The position numbers and the translations under genes were made by a program. A stretch of 64,000 bases of DNA from an uncultured Cellvibrionales bacterium (GTDB lineage Bacteria; Pseudomonadota; Gammaproteobacteria; Pseudomonadales; Porticoccaceae): the NCBI GenBank assembly GCA_913031145.1, contig CAJWCO010000010.1, forward strand, positions 5,025 through 69,024, given 5' to 3'. Numbering within the stretch: position 1 is the stretch's first letter; each line of letters opens with the position of its first letter. The notes under the pieces were generated by a model, which saw nothing but the letters and a program-made list of their open reading frames with translations, made no database searches and had not been told where the DNA came from. Below, one piece after another: positions 29,994 through 39,326 of the stretch.

Positions 29994-30130
29994 AAAAAGA
30001 CATCTTTAACGCATTTCAGCGCGGACAGGTTATGATATATAATACAACGACTGAGCGTGCACGGCTAATAGTGTTGAGTGATTAATACGGCGCACTCAGA
30101 GCGCTACAGATAACCTTCCCAAGAGTACCG

Positions 30131-30778
30131 ATGCCAATGAGATTGAAAGTGTTGTATTTATGTCTGTTAGTTGTATTTTTTGTTTCACTCAAAGCGACTG
30201 CGAAAGGAGACCCAGAGGCTGGAGCGACCAAGGTGATGATGTGCGCGGGGTGTCATGGCACTGATGGTAACAGTCTGGTTGCAGCGTTCCCGAAATTGTC
30301 GGGTTTAGGCGAAAATTATCTGTATCAGCAATTGCGACATGTTCAAAAGGGCGAGCGTGTCATTATGGAGATGATGGGTATATTAGACGCGTCGTCCGAT
30401 CAAGATCTCAGGGACATGGCGGCTTATTACAACGCGCAAAAACGACAGATCTCAGGAGCCGACGATATTCAACTCGTGGGGGTGAGTAATCCAGATGATG
30501 CGCTTGCATTAGGCGAGCGCATATACCGAGGCGGAAATCTCAGTAGTGGCGTGCCGTCTTGCACCGGTTGTCACTCACCCTCTGGGACGGGTAACGACCC
30601 TGCGGGCTACCCTGCGCTCGGAGGACAGTATGCGGGTTACATTGAGAAACAGTTACTGGCCTATCGCAGAGGTGAACGCAACAGCGGCAATAATGCTAGA
30701 ATAATGCAAGGCGTTGCTGAGTATTTAAGTGACAAAGAAATTAAGGCTGTCGCTAACTACATCGCCGGTTTGAATTAG
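30131..30778 (+). CDS. Dihaem cytochrome c4
   Basis: 215 aa. Signal peptide and two CxxCH motifs (CAGCH, CTGCH). Confidence 0.9.
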   Translation: MPMRLKVLYLCLLVVFFVSLKATAKGDPEAGATKVMMCAGCHGTDGNSLVAAFPKLSGLGENYLYQQLRHVQKGERVIMEMMGILDASSDQDLRDMAAYYNAQKRQISGADDIQLVGVSNPDDALALGERIYRGGNLSSGVPSCTGCHSPSGTGNDPAGYPALGGQYAGYIEKQLLAYRRGERNSGNNARIMQGVAEYLSDKEIKAVANYIAGLN

Positions 30779-30807
30779 AATCACTCAATGAATGATGGGT
30801 CAATACT

Positions 30808-31482
30808 ATGCTGATGTTCGTCAAACGTTTCGTGCTCTTGAGCCTTTTCTTGCCCATTGTAGCGTGTGCCGACGAGGGAGACGCCTATCAAGCAGGGGTA
30901 CATTATGAAATATTGCCTCAATCTGTTCGGACTGCAGACCCTAAGAAAATTGAGGTCAATGAAGTTTTCTCTTACCAGTGTGGGCATTGTTACAACTTTC
31001 AAGAACTGGTGGAAAAATGGGTTGCGACATTACCGGATGACGTTGACTTTCAGCGCACTCACGCTGTCTGGAACGCACCAATGGAAGTGTACGCAAAGGC
31101 TTACTACAGCGCGATTGCTATGGGCGTTGTCAACGATGTCCATCTGCCTGTTTTCGAGGCGATCCACTTGAAGCAACAAGCGGTGCGAAATCAGCAGGAT
31201 ATTCTCAAGATATTTGTAGAGCAAGGTGTTGATGAGGAACGTTTTACGCGCGTGTTTAATTCTTTTGGCGTCAATAGCATGGTCAATCAGGGGAAAGCAC
31301 GTACGGGCGCTTACCGCACTCAGGGTACGCCTGAAATAGTCGTCAACGGCCGATATCGGTTGAGCTCTCGTATGAGTGGAAGCCCCAGCGGTATGCTCGA
31401 TGTCGCACAGTTTTTGATCGCCAAAGAACGTCGCGTTCAGGCGACGGCAAAGTTAAAAACACTGTCTGAGTTTGCTCCGTGA
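30808..31482 (+). CDS. dsbA: Thiol:disulfide interchange protein DsbA
   Basis: 224 aa. Signal peptide and CGHC active site (FSYQCGHCYNF). Confidence 0.9.
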   Translation: MLMFVKRFVLLSLFLPIVACADEGDAYQAGVHYEILPQSVRTADPKKIEVNEVFSYQCGHCYNFQELVEKWVATLPDDVDFQRTHAVWNAPMEVYAKAYYSAIAMGVVNDVHLPVFEAIHLKQQAVRNQQDILKIFVEQGVDEERFTRVFNSFGVNSMVNQGKARTGAYRTQGTPEIVVNGRYRLSSRMSGSPSGMLDVAQFLIAKERRVQATAKLKTLSEFAP

Positions 31483-31584
31483 TAGCACTGGCATTAACAG
31501 CTCTTTCGTAGCGTGGTCAAAAGTTAGGCATGGACTTTGCTACCCCCGCGTTTGAATTATTAATTATTCTTGGCCGATGACACT

Positions 31585-32706
31585 ATGAAACCATTGATTA
31601 AACCCCAAAGCCCGAATTTTTCATCAGGACCTTGCTGTAAACGCCCAGGCTATGACGTCTCGCAACTTGCACTGACTACTTTGGGTCGCTCGCACCGATC
31701 CTCCGTCGGAAAGGCAGCGTTGCAGCGGGCATGTTTACAGACCGCGGATGTGCTCGGCCTTCCTGACGGATATCGAGTGGGTGTTGTGCCAGCTTCAGAC
31801 ACTGGGGCCATGGAATTAATTATGTGGTCTGTTTTGGGTGCTCGCCCTATAGATGTCTTTGCTTGGGAGTCTTTTGGTAAAGACTGGGTTACTGATATTG
31901 TCAAGCAACTCAAATTACCGGACGTGTATAGCCACCTGGCAGATTACGGTGAGCTACCTGACTTAAGCCTTGCTAATCCGGATCGTGACACTGTTTTCAC
32001 TTGGAATGGTACAACATCGGGTGTGCGAGTTCCGAATGCGAATTGGATTAGTGATCAGCGAAAAGGGTTGACGATTTGTGATGCAACATCCGCCGTTTTT
32101 GCTATGTCGATGCCGTGGGAAAAACTCGATGTCGTCACTTTTAGTTGGCAGAAAGTACTCGGAGGTGAGGGTGCCCACGGGATGTTAATTTTGAGTCCAA
32201 GAGCGGTTGAGCGCTTAGAAAGTTACACGCCGCCTTGGCCACTACCGAAAATCTTTCGCCTAACAAAAGGGGGCGTTCTGAACGAGGGAGTTTTTAAGGG
32301 TGCAACAATTAATACGCCCTCGATGCTCTGCGTGGCAGATTATTTGGATGCTCTCGACTGGGTTGTATCGATTGGAGGTCAAGAGGGATCGGTTCGCAAG
32401 TCGGAAAAAAATTTGGCCGTCGTAAAGGATTTTGTATCGAGCCGCCCCTGGATTCATTTTTTGGCGAAAGATGCGGCGACTATTTCGAATACCAGTGTTT
32501 GTCTGACGTTGGACTTAACGCCGGCGCAGGTGGGCGAATTGGTTAAATTATTGGATGCTGAAGGCGTCGCGTATGATATCGGCGCTTATCGCGACGCACC
32601 TGCGGGGTTGCGTATCTGGTGTGGCGCCACCGTTGCGGAGGCTGATCTAGCAGCCTTGATGCCTTGGATTGATTGGGCTTACCACACTGTTAATCACGAA
32701 AAGTAG
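31585..32706 (+). CDS. serC: Phosphoserine aminotransferase (long ~370-aa type)
   Basis: The track ORF starts at TTG 31570. ATG 31585 gives [17 protein letters not shown]. Class-V aminotransferase features, followed by serA. Confidence 0.85.
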   Translation: MKPLIKPQSPNFSSGPCCKRPGYDVSQLALTTLGRSHRSSVGKAALQRACLQTADVLGLPDGYRVGVVPASDTGAMELIMWSVLGARPIDVFAWESFGKDWVTDIVKQLKLPDVYSHLADYGELPDLSLANPDRDTVFTWNGTTSGVRVPNANWISDQRKGLTICDATSAVFAMSMPWEKLDVVTFSWQKVLGGEGAHGMLILSPRAVERLESYTPPWPLPKIFRLTKGGVLNEGVFKGATINTPSMLCVADYLDALDWVVSIGGQEGSVRKSEKNLAVVKDFVSSRPWIHFLAKDAATISNTSVCLTLDLTPAQVGELVKLLDAEGVAYDIGAYRDAPAGLRIWCGATVAEADLAALMPWIDWAYHTVNHEK

Positions 32707-32714
32707 AGAATTTT

Positions 32715-33887
32715 ATGTATAAAATACGTACTTACAATGCTATTTCGCCCAAGGGTTTGGCGTGTTTTCCGGCAGATAGCTATGAGATATCGAGTGAAAG
32801 TGACCTGCCCCAAGGGTATCTATTGCGCAGTCAAAAGCTTCATGGCGAGGGGATACCCGGTAGCTTATGGGCGGTGGCGCGAGCGGGCGCTGGGGTGAAT
32901 AATATTCCGGTCGACGAGTATACAGCGCGCGGTATCGTCGTTTTTAATACGCCTGGCGCGAACGCCAACGCAGTCAAAGAGCTCATTGTTGCCGCTCTTA
33001 TGTTGGCTTCGAGAGATATTTATGGCGGGATGAATTATGTCCGAGAACTTGCAAACATGGACGATTCGGCTGCCATGGGTAAACTGCTTGAAAAAGAAAA
33101 AAAACGCTTTGCCGGTTCTGAGGTCGTTAACAAGACTTTGGGGGTGGTCGGTCTTGGCGCGATAGGGTCGATGATTGCAAACTTAGCCCTAGATTTGGGT
33201 ATGCAGGTTGTGGGTTATGACCCTGCGATTTCTATTGAGTCTGCGTGGAACCTTTCGAGTCGCGTGAAGCGCATAGACAGTTTAGATGCGCTTTTGGGGG
33301 CATCAGACTTTGTGACGTTACATGTGCCTGTTGTTCCGGCAACTCGGCATTTAATCGATAGCAGTAAATTACAGCTGATGAAACCTACCGCTAAAGTTTT
33401 GAATTTTGCTCGCGAAGAGATCGTCGCGACAAGTGATATGGTGACGGCACTCGATCAGGGGGTCATTGGGGGTTATGTGAGTGATTTTCCTACTCCGGAG
33501 TTAATCGGGTGTAAAAATGCCTTACTCATGCCACACATTGGTGCAAGCACCGCCGAAGCCGAGGAAAACTGCGCGGTTATGGCCGCACGGCAATTGATGG
33601 AATTTTTAGAAGACGGGACAATTATTAATTCTGTAAACTTCCCCCAGACGAGGTTGTTGCGTAATAAAGGCTATCGGATTACCTTTACCAATAAAAACGT
33701 CCCCAAAGTGCTGGGGAGTGTTTTAGGAATTTTAGCAGATGCTAATCTCAATGTAGTCGATATGGTGAACAAAAGCCGCAACGAAGTGGCCTACAATATT
33801 ATCGATTTGGAGGGCACGGTACTGCCCACTTTGGAGCAACAGATTGCGTCTGTAGAGGGCGTGACGAGTTTACGATTCCTTAAATAG
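32715..33887 (+). CDS. serA: D-3-phosphoglycerate dehydrogenase with C-terminal ACT domain
   Basis: 390 aa. 2-hydroxyacid dehydrogenase NAD motif GVVGLGAIG, catalytic region (MPHIGAST), and an ACT-like tail. Confidence 0.88.
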   Translation: MYKIRTYNAISPKGLACFPADSYEISSESDLPQGYLLRSQKLHGEGIPGSLWAVARAGAGVNNIPVDEYTARGIVVFNTPGANANAVKELIVAALMLASRDIYGGMNYVRELANMDDSAAMGKLLEKEKKRFAGSEVVNKTLGVVGLGAIGSMIANLALDLGMQVVGYDPAISIESAWNLSSRVKRIDSLDALLGASDFVTLHVPVVPATRHLIDSSKLQLMKPTAKVLNFAREEIVATSDMVTALDQGVIGGYVSDFPTPELIGCKNALLMPHIGASTAEAEENCAVMAARQLMEFLEDGTIINSVNFPQTRLLRNKGYRITFTNKNVPKVLGSVLGILADANLNVVDMVNKSRNEVAYNIIDLEGTVLPTLEQQIASVEGVTSLRFLK

Positions 33888-34884
33888 CGGCCGTTGAGGG
33901 GGCGTCGAAAAATTTCGCACGGACCGAGTTACGATAAGCGCCTGGAGTACTACCTGACCATCGTTTAAAACGTGCAGCAAACCAGCTGTTGTCTTTGTAC
34001 CCGCTGAAATGAGCGACTTCTAGGACTGACAGATCGGTATTTTTTAAGAGATCACAAGCGAAGTTCATGCGCACTTCGTTGAGATAACTGCTCGGTGTTG
34101 TACCTGTTGCTTTTTTGAATCTTCGATTGAGAGTTCGCTTCTTTGTACCCAAGTTTTTTGCCATTTCGAGAAGAAGTGAAGGCTTACTTAAATTATCTTG
34201 CAGCCAAATTTTTGCTTGAATGACGAGTTCGTCGTTCAGTGACGCGTCAGGAATGTCGCTATAACCGACAACCTCGGAGAGGTTGCGGATCTCGTGAAAA
34301 AAGTTACGCTGCGCTTGTCGCGCAATAATTCGTCCGAAAATACGCTCAACTTGATACATGATCAACTCAGCCATGGCATTAATACTGGCGGCACAATAAA
34401 TATTGCCTGTTTGCGTCGTAAAGTGTTGTCGTTGGAGTCGCAGGTTTGGGTAGCTCTTTGCGAGTTGATCAAAGTAATGCCAATGCGTTGTTGCGGGTTT
34501 GTCTTCAAGAAGTCCCGCTTCGGCAAGAAAACACACGCCCGTCCCGACCGCTGTAAAACTACTGTTTAATCGATGCTGATGCTTTAACCAACGTATTAAA
34601 GGCTGTGCACGCGTCACGATAGGCCGAGGGTTGCGCCACAATGCAGGTAAATGGACGAGATCACTAGGAAAGATCTCGCTCAATCGATGCGTAGGATACA
34701 GCTCAAAACCTGATGATGTACTGACAGGTAAGTCGTCTGTCGATACTCGACGAATAACCACATCCTGCATAGGGTGAGCCGTCGCGCGAGCCATAGATCG
34801 AGCAAAATTAAAAATTTCTGCAGCGAGCGTGCTACTGGATACCAACATGTTGTCACAGAGGACTAAAGTTACATTGAACGCCAT
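33880..34884 (-). CDS. GlxA-type AraC-family regulator (DJ-1/PfpI-like N-domain + AraC HTH)
   Basis: 334 aa. Its C-terminal AraC HTH reads LLEMAKNLGTKKRTLNRRFKKATGTTPSSYLNEVRM...VAHFSGYKDNSWFAARFKRWSGSTPGAYR. Overlaps the serA 3' end by 8 nt (convergent). Confidence 0.85.
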   Translation of the reverse strand: MAFNVTLVLCDNMLVSSSTLAAEIFNFARSMARATAHPMQDVVIRRVSTDDLPVSTSSGFELYPTHRLSEIFPSDLVHLPALWRNPRPIVTRAQPLIRWLKHQHRLNSSFTAVGTGVCFLAEAGLLEDKPATTHWHYFDQLAKSYPNLRLQRQHFTTQTGNIYCAASINAMAELIMYQVERIFGRIIARQAQRNFFHEIRNLSEVVGYSDIPDASLNDELVIQAKIWLQDNLSKPSLLLEMAKNLGTKKRTLNRRFKKATGTTPSSYLNEVRMNFACDLLKNTDLSVLEVAHFSGYKDNSWFAARFKRWSGSTPGAYRNSVRAKFFDAPSTAAI

Positions 34885-34922
34885 AATGACTCAAAAATAG
34901 CATGAAATGGCTTATTAATCGC

Positions 34923-34941
34923 AGATTTTTTTAAAAAATCT
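34923..34941. promoter_or_regulatory. Perfect 9-1-9 palindrome AGATTTTTT-T-AAAAAATCT in the divergent regulator/KAS spacer
   Basis: Read directly from the sequence. It is flanked by near-identical 12-nt direct repeats: GCTTATTAATCG (34910-34921) and GCTTATTGATCG (34959-34970). Confidence 0.35.
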
Positions 34942-34980
34942 TTGTAGACTTCGTTATCGCTTATTGATCGAGGTTTGCAA

Positions 34981-36882
34981 ATGTCCTGTCCACTTCCAGT
35001 CATCGTGGGGTTCGGAGGCTACAACGCCGCGGGGAGAAGTTCGTCGTTTCAATCCTATCGGCGAACCGTGCTCGAATCACTTCCGACGTCCGAGCAGAAT
35101 AAAACCATCGTTGGGCTTGCATGTTTGATGGGACTGGTCAAAAAGCAAGAGGGGCACTATGTCACCTCTGATGGCGATCAGTTAGGTGCAGCTGGCGTCG
35201 AAGAGCGTTTTCGAGAGTCTGTATTGAACGGTACGTTGATTCGCAAGACGGCTTTATTCGATCCGTCATGTGTGGCTGAAAATCGACGGATTGTGTTCCA
35301 GCAGGACGAACCAGGCGGTGTTCTTTTTAGCATGGCAAAGAGGGATTTGCCGCATCAACCGCCGGCTGATTGGCAGATAACTGAATGTGGAGAAGGTCGC
35401 GTCGAGGTTCGTTCGACGCAAAGGTCTGAGTTTCTAGTCCAGTCTAATTATGCGCTGATATCCCAAGCATCTGGACAATTACCCACCGGGTTTAAGCCGT
35501 CGGCGCACTATAACTCTAGATTTCATCCGCGAGGTTTGCAGATGGCCCTTGTGGGTTCGAGTGACGCGTTGCATTCGACAGGCTTAGCGTGGGAGGTGAT
35601 TGCCGCTCGCGTGCGCCCTGATGAAGTGGGAGTTTATTCCTCCAGTGCGCTGAGTCAGCTTGATGAGGAAGGTTTTGCGGGCCTGATGCAAAGTCGGTTG
35701 CGCGGTAACCGCACCACTGCGAAACAACTACCGCTGGGCCTAAATAGTATGCCTGCAGATTTTATCAATGCGTATGTTTTGGGTAGTGTTGGGCATACAG
35801 AAGCCACCACGGGTGCGTGCGCGACCTTTTTATATTCTGTTCAGGCCGCAGTGCGCGATATTCGCAGCGGTCGTCGTCGTGTGGCGGTTGTCGGTAATGC
35901 GGAGGCGGGCGTTACCCCAGAAATATCCGAGGGTTTCGCAAATATGGGCGCGCTAGCGAGTGATGCAAACTTATGTAAATTAGATGGAGTTTCTGAACCA
36001 AATTACGCGCGCGCAAGCCGCCCCTTCGGCGAAAACTGCGGATTTGTGTTGGCAGAGTCCACTCAGTACGTCGTTTTAATGGATGATGCGCTGGCGATAG
36101 AACTCGGAGCAGATATTCACGGTGCCATTCCGGACGTCTTTATCAATGCAGACGGCATTAAAAAATCTGTATCTGCGCCGGGTGTTGGTAACTATCTATC
36201 GTTTTCCAAGGCGGTGGCCGCGGCTATACAAATCGTCGGAGAAAAAGCCGTACAGAACCACAGCTTTGTTCACGCTCACGGTTCGAGTACGCCGGCAAAT
36301 CGCACCACTGAATCAACGCTCATTGAACGCGTTGCTCAAGCGTTTGATATTTATGATTGGCCCGTTACCGCGTCGAAAGCGTTTGTTGGTCATTCATTAT
36401 CAGCTGCCAGTGGTGATCAATTGATTTCTGCTTTGGGCACCTTTGCCTACGACATCGTGCCGGGTATTAAAACTATTGATGCGGTAGCGCCAGATGTATG
36501 GCAGGAGCGTGCGGTATTCTCGCTGAGTGACTTGGATGTGAGTGAACGCCCAATGCACGTGGCCTTTATAAATTCCAAAGGTTTCGGCGGCAATAACGCT
36601 ACTGCTTTGGTACTGTCGCCTACCCGAACTGAACTGATGCTAAAAAGTCGCTATGCAGAAAACTTTACCGATTATCTGTCCCGTCGCAAGGCAACGAGAA
36701 TTGCAGCGCAAGCGTATGCCGATCGAGCCGACGCTGGCGACCTTGATGTGATCTATCGCTTTGGGGAGTCACTGATTGATGAAACCGAAATCGTCATCGA
36801 TCGCAAAGGGGTTCAGCTCCCTAGTTTTGCGCAAGATGTTGTGTTCGATGCAACCAGTCCATGGGCGGATATGGAGATCTAA
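34981..36882 (+). CDS. fabY: FabY-class beta-ketoacyl-ACP synthase (long KAS I/II-type condensing enzyme)
   Basis: About 633 aa from ATG 34981 (an AGG lies 7 nt upstream). Cys-His-His triad context (TGACATFLYS, HAHGSSTPAN, FVGHSLSAASG). N-terminus PVIVGFGGYNAAGRSS. Size and architecture match P. aeruginosa PA5174/FabY as I recall it. Confidence 0.7.
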   Translation: MSCPLPVIVGFGGYNAAGRSSSFQSYRRTVLESLPTSEQNKTIVGLACLMGLVKKQEGHYVTSDGDQLGAAGVEERFRESVLNGTLIRKTALFDPSCVAENRRIVFQQDEPGGVLFSMAKRDLPHQPPADWQITECGEGRVEVRSTQRSEFLVQSNYALISQASGQLPTGFKPSAHYNSRFHPRGLQMALVGSSDALHSTGLAWEVIAARVRPDEVGVYSSSALSQLDEEGFAGLMQSRLRGNRTTAKQLPLGLNSMPADFINAYVLGSVGHTEATTGACATFLYSVQAAVRDIRSGRRRVAVVGNAEAGVTPEISEGFANMGALASDANLCKLDGVSEPNYARASRPFGENCGFVLAESTQYVVLMDDALAIELGADIHGAIPDVFINADGIKKSVSAPGVGNYLSFSKAVAAAIQIVGEKAVQNHSFVHAHGSSTPANRTTESTLIERVAQAFDIYDWPVTASKAFVGHSLSAASGDQLISALGTFAYDIVPGIKTIDAVAPDVWQERAVFSLSDLDVSERPMHVAFINSKGFGGNNATALVLSPTRTELMLKSRYAENFTDYLSRRKATRIAAQAYADRADAGDLDVIYRFGESLIDETEIVIDRKGVQLPSFAQDVVFDATSPWADMEI

Positions 36883-36937
36883 GCAACGGTGCGCAGCCCC
36901 CGTCGATTTCGACCGTCGACGTGAAACCGCACTATGT

Positions 36938-37699
36938 CTAAGGGAGACTACGACTAAACCGCGCTAACGCGTCGATTAACTCTTGGTCAATGGCGCGCGC
37001 TTGAAGAATCTTCGTGTGCTGGAATTGCGAGGGTTTGTCGGTCACCTGAGTCGTCAGACTAAGAGTTCCACCATGAATGCCAACGAGTCCGTGAGTGACG
37101 GGGTCTATTAGCGGCGCACCTGAAACGCCGGGACCAGCGGCACAATTATGCAAGAGTAGTTTGGTGTTTTCTAAATATTCCGAGTGTACCTCTGCGCAGT
37201 TGTCGTCAATTCGCATAGCCTCATGATCCCCTTGATATCTCACCAGAGTCAGAGCTTGGATACGGCTTGGCTCATGTGCCGGTCCCCCTCGAAGAGATAA
37301 CCGCAGTGCGGGTATCGCCAGTTTACGTTTCAGCGCGACGAAGGCCCAGTCTAGCTCACTGTTGCGAAGAGAATCCTTCAACGTCATTCCGGTCGCCTGG
37401 GTGGAAATCTGCGCAAAACCAACGCTGGAAAATCGCGCGTTGGCGGGTCGATAAGAACAAGATTTGAATGGCTGCCGTGTTTGCGCATGTACCAAGACAT
37501 GGGCCGCTGTGGCGATAATAGAGTGCTCAGGTGATAAGTGGCTGACATGGACGGCGCTGCCTCTGATGGCGCCATCACAAAATACCGTGCCGCTTGCATG
37601 TTGTAATTCCTTCAACGCCATACCTTCGGTAGATGCGCTGACCGCACTGCACACTGCCATACTCAGGCTAGTAATTAGTGTTTTGAGTAGCCTCCTCAC
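36938..37699 (-). CDS. Secreted trypsin-fold (S1 family) serine peptidase
   Basis: 253 aa. Signal peptide (...AVSA/ST). His-Asp-Ser triad contexts in order: TAAHV, LDWAFV, GPGVSGAPL. The GTG start overlaps the rsmE stop (GTGA). Confidence 0.7.
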   Translation of the reverse strand: MRRLLKTLITSLSMAVCSAVSASTEGMALKELQHASGTVFCDGAIRGSAVHVSHLSPEHSIIATAAHVLVHAQTRQPFKSCSYRPANARFSSVGFAQISTQATGMTLKDSLRNSELDWAFVALKRKLAIPALRLSLRGGPAHEPSRIQALTLVRYQGDHEAMRIDDNCAEVHSEYLENTKLLLHNCAAGPGVSGAPLIDPVTHGLVGIHGGTLSLTTQVTDKPSQFQHTKILQARAIDQELIDALARFSRSLP

Positions 37700-38427
37700 T
37701 GCAGGTCGCCAAATAATGCTTGAAGAACGCTGACCGCCACGAGTGGCGCGGTTTCGGTCCGGAACACGCGAGGGCCCAGGCCAAGCCCTACAAATCCGGA
37801 TGTCTGTGCGGCTTTAATTTCCACATCGTCTAGCCCGCCTTCGGGACCCACTAACAGCGTAATTTGACGGGTCCCCGCCTTGAGCCCTCCAAGGCTGTTT
37901 GCTTCGCGGTGATCCAAGACCAATTTTGCATCCCCGTTAACGGTGGGTAACCATTCGCCTAAGTGACAGGTTGGGTGGAGTAATGGCAGTCGGTTACGCT
38001 GGCACTGTTGACAGGCGCTGATCGCGATTTTCTGCCAATGGAGGTTCTTTTTCGTCATCCGAGGTTCAGGAAGTTTTACCTCAACGCGTCGGGTCAATAG
38101 GGGTGTTATTTCAGTGACACCTAACTCAGTAAGTTTTTGCATCACTAGATCCATACGCTCTCCGCGGGAGATACCCATCCCAACGTGGACATGCAACGGT
38201 GATTCTCGTTCGATCGCATCGAACCGACAGACGTCTACTGACGTTTGATTCCCTCGTGAATGCTTGAGTATGCCGTGATACTCGCCACCGCGACCGTTAA
38301 AAACGATGACCTCAGCGCCGTCGGATAAGCGCAAGACAGAGCAAAGGTAACGCACCGTTTCCTTGTCTAGAGGCGTTATCTGATGAACTTTTAGCGTCTG
38401 GTTAAGATAGATACGCGGAATGCGCAT
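37696..38427 (-). CDS. rsmE: 16S rRNA (uracil1498-N3)-methyltransferase RsmE
   Basis: 243 aa. PUA-like N-domain plus SPOUT C-domain (LLVGPEGG, LGPRVFRTETA). Confidence 0.88.
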   Translation of the reverse strand: MRIPRIYLNQTLKVHQITPLDKETVRYLCSVLRLSDGAEVIVFNGRGGEYHGILKHSRGNQTSVDVCRFDAIERESPLHVHVGMGISRGERMDLVMQKLTELGVTEITPLLTRRVEVKLPEPRMTKKNLHWQKIAISACQQCQRNRLPLLHPTCHLGEWLPTVNGDAKLVLDHREANSLGGLKAGTRQITLLVGPEGGLDDVEIKAAQTSGFVGLGLGPRVFRTETAPLVAVSVLQALFGDLQ

Positions 38428-38437
38428 GAGATTAAAT

Positions 38438-39283
38438 CTACAGTTGCCTCGGAAGGCTCAGATTCTGACATAGCTCGTTCGTCACTGCTAAATTATTCAT
38501 CGTATAAAAGTGTAAGCCAGGCGCACCGCCCTCGATTAATCGCGAACATAGTTGTGTAACAACATCAATGCCAAACCTAATAAGGTCCTCACTATCGGCA
38601 CTCCTCTGTTTTAACTGCCATCGTAGCCATCGCGGAATTTCGGCGCCGCAATTATCAGAAAAACGCACTAAGTTAAGGAAGTTTGTAATAGGCATGATGC
38701 CGGGTATGACGGGTGCGTCAATCCCGACTTTTTGGGCTTCGTCGATGAATCGAAAATACGCATCGGCATTGAAGAAGTACTGGGTGATCGCTCGGTTGGC
38801 GCCGGCGCGTAACTTTTCTCCTAGCCAGTATAGATCGCTATGGTAACTTTCTGATTCAGGGTGAATTTCTGGGTAAGCCGCTACATTTATATCAAAGCGC
38901 GTGCCAAACGACTGTCGCGTCAGTGCCACCAACTCGTTCGCATGTACCAGACTTTTTGTTCCGCCGAGCCCTGACGGGAGATCGCCGCGAAGCGCGACAA
39001 GATTTGAGATTCCTTCGGCTTTGTAGGTGCTCAGAAGAGCAATAATGTCGGCTTGATCATCGCTTCCAAAAGACAGGTGAGGTGCCGTTTCAAAGCCCGC
39101 ACGTTGCAACGATATTGCTAAGTCGTGGGTCGACGACCTCGTCGACCCACCTGCCCCATATGTTACCGAGTAAAACTCAGGTTCATAACGCGCAAGCTCC
39201 GTACACATCGCGTGCACTTTCTCTAAGCCGTGCTGAGTTTTGACCGAAAAAAATTCAAAACTTATATGTAGCTTTACATCCAT
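38438..39283 (-). CDS. metF: 5,10-methylenetetrahydrofolate reductase
   Basis: 281 aa. Motifs FEFF(S/P)VKT, YGAGGSTR and ALRGD. Confidence 0.92.
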   Translation of the reverse strand: MDVKLHISFEFFSVKTQHGLEKVHAMCTELARYEPEFYSVTYGAGGSTRSSTHDLAISLQRAGFETAPHLSFGSDDQADIIALLSTYKAEGISNLVALRGDLPSGLGGTKSLVHANELVALTRQSFGTRFDINVAAYPEIHPESESYHSDLYWLGEKLRAGANRAITQYFFNADAYFRFIDEAQKVGIDAPVIPGIMPITNFLNLVRFSDNCGAEIPRWLRWQLKQRSADSEDLIRFGIDVVTQLCSRLIEGGAPGLHFYTMNNLAVTNELCQNLSLPRQL

Positions 39284-39326
39284 TTGGGCCCTGCCTTCCT
39301 TGTGTTGTATACCGCTTGGGCTATTT

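Noticed and set aside
36901-36921. Hairpin CGTCGA-N9-TCGACG between the convergent fabY-like and protease genes
   Set aside because: It is only a 6-bp stem with no flanking T- or A-run. It could be a weak bidirectional terminator, but I cannot support calling it one.
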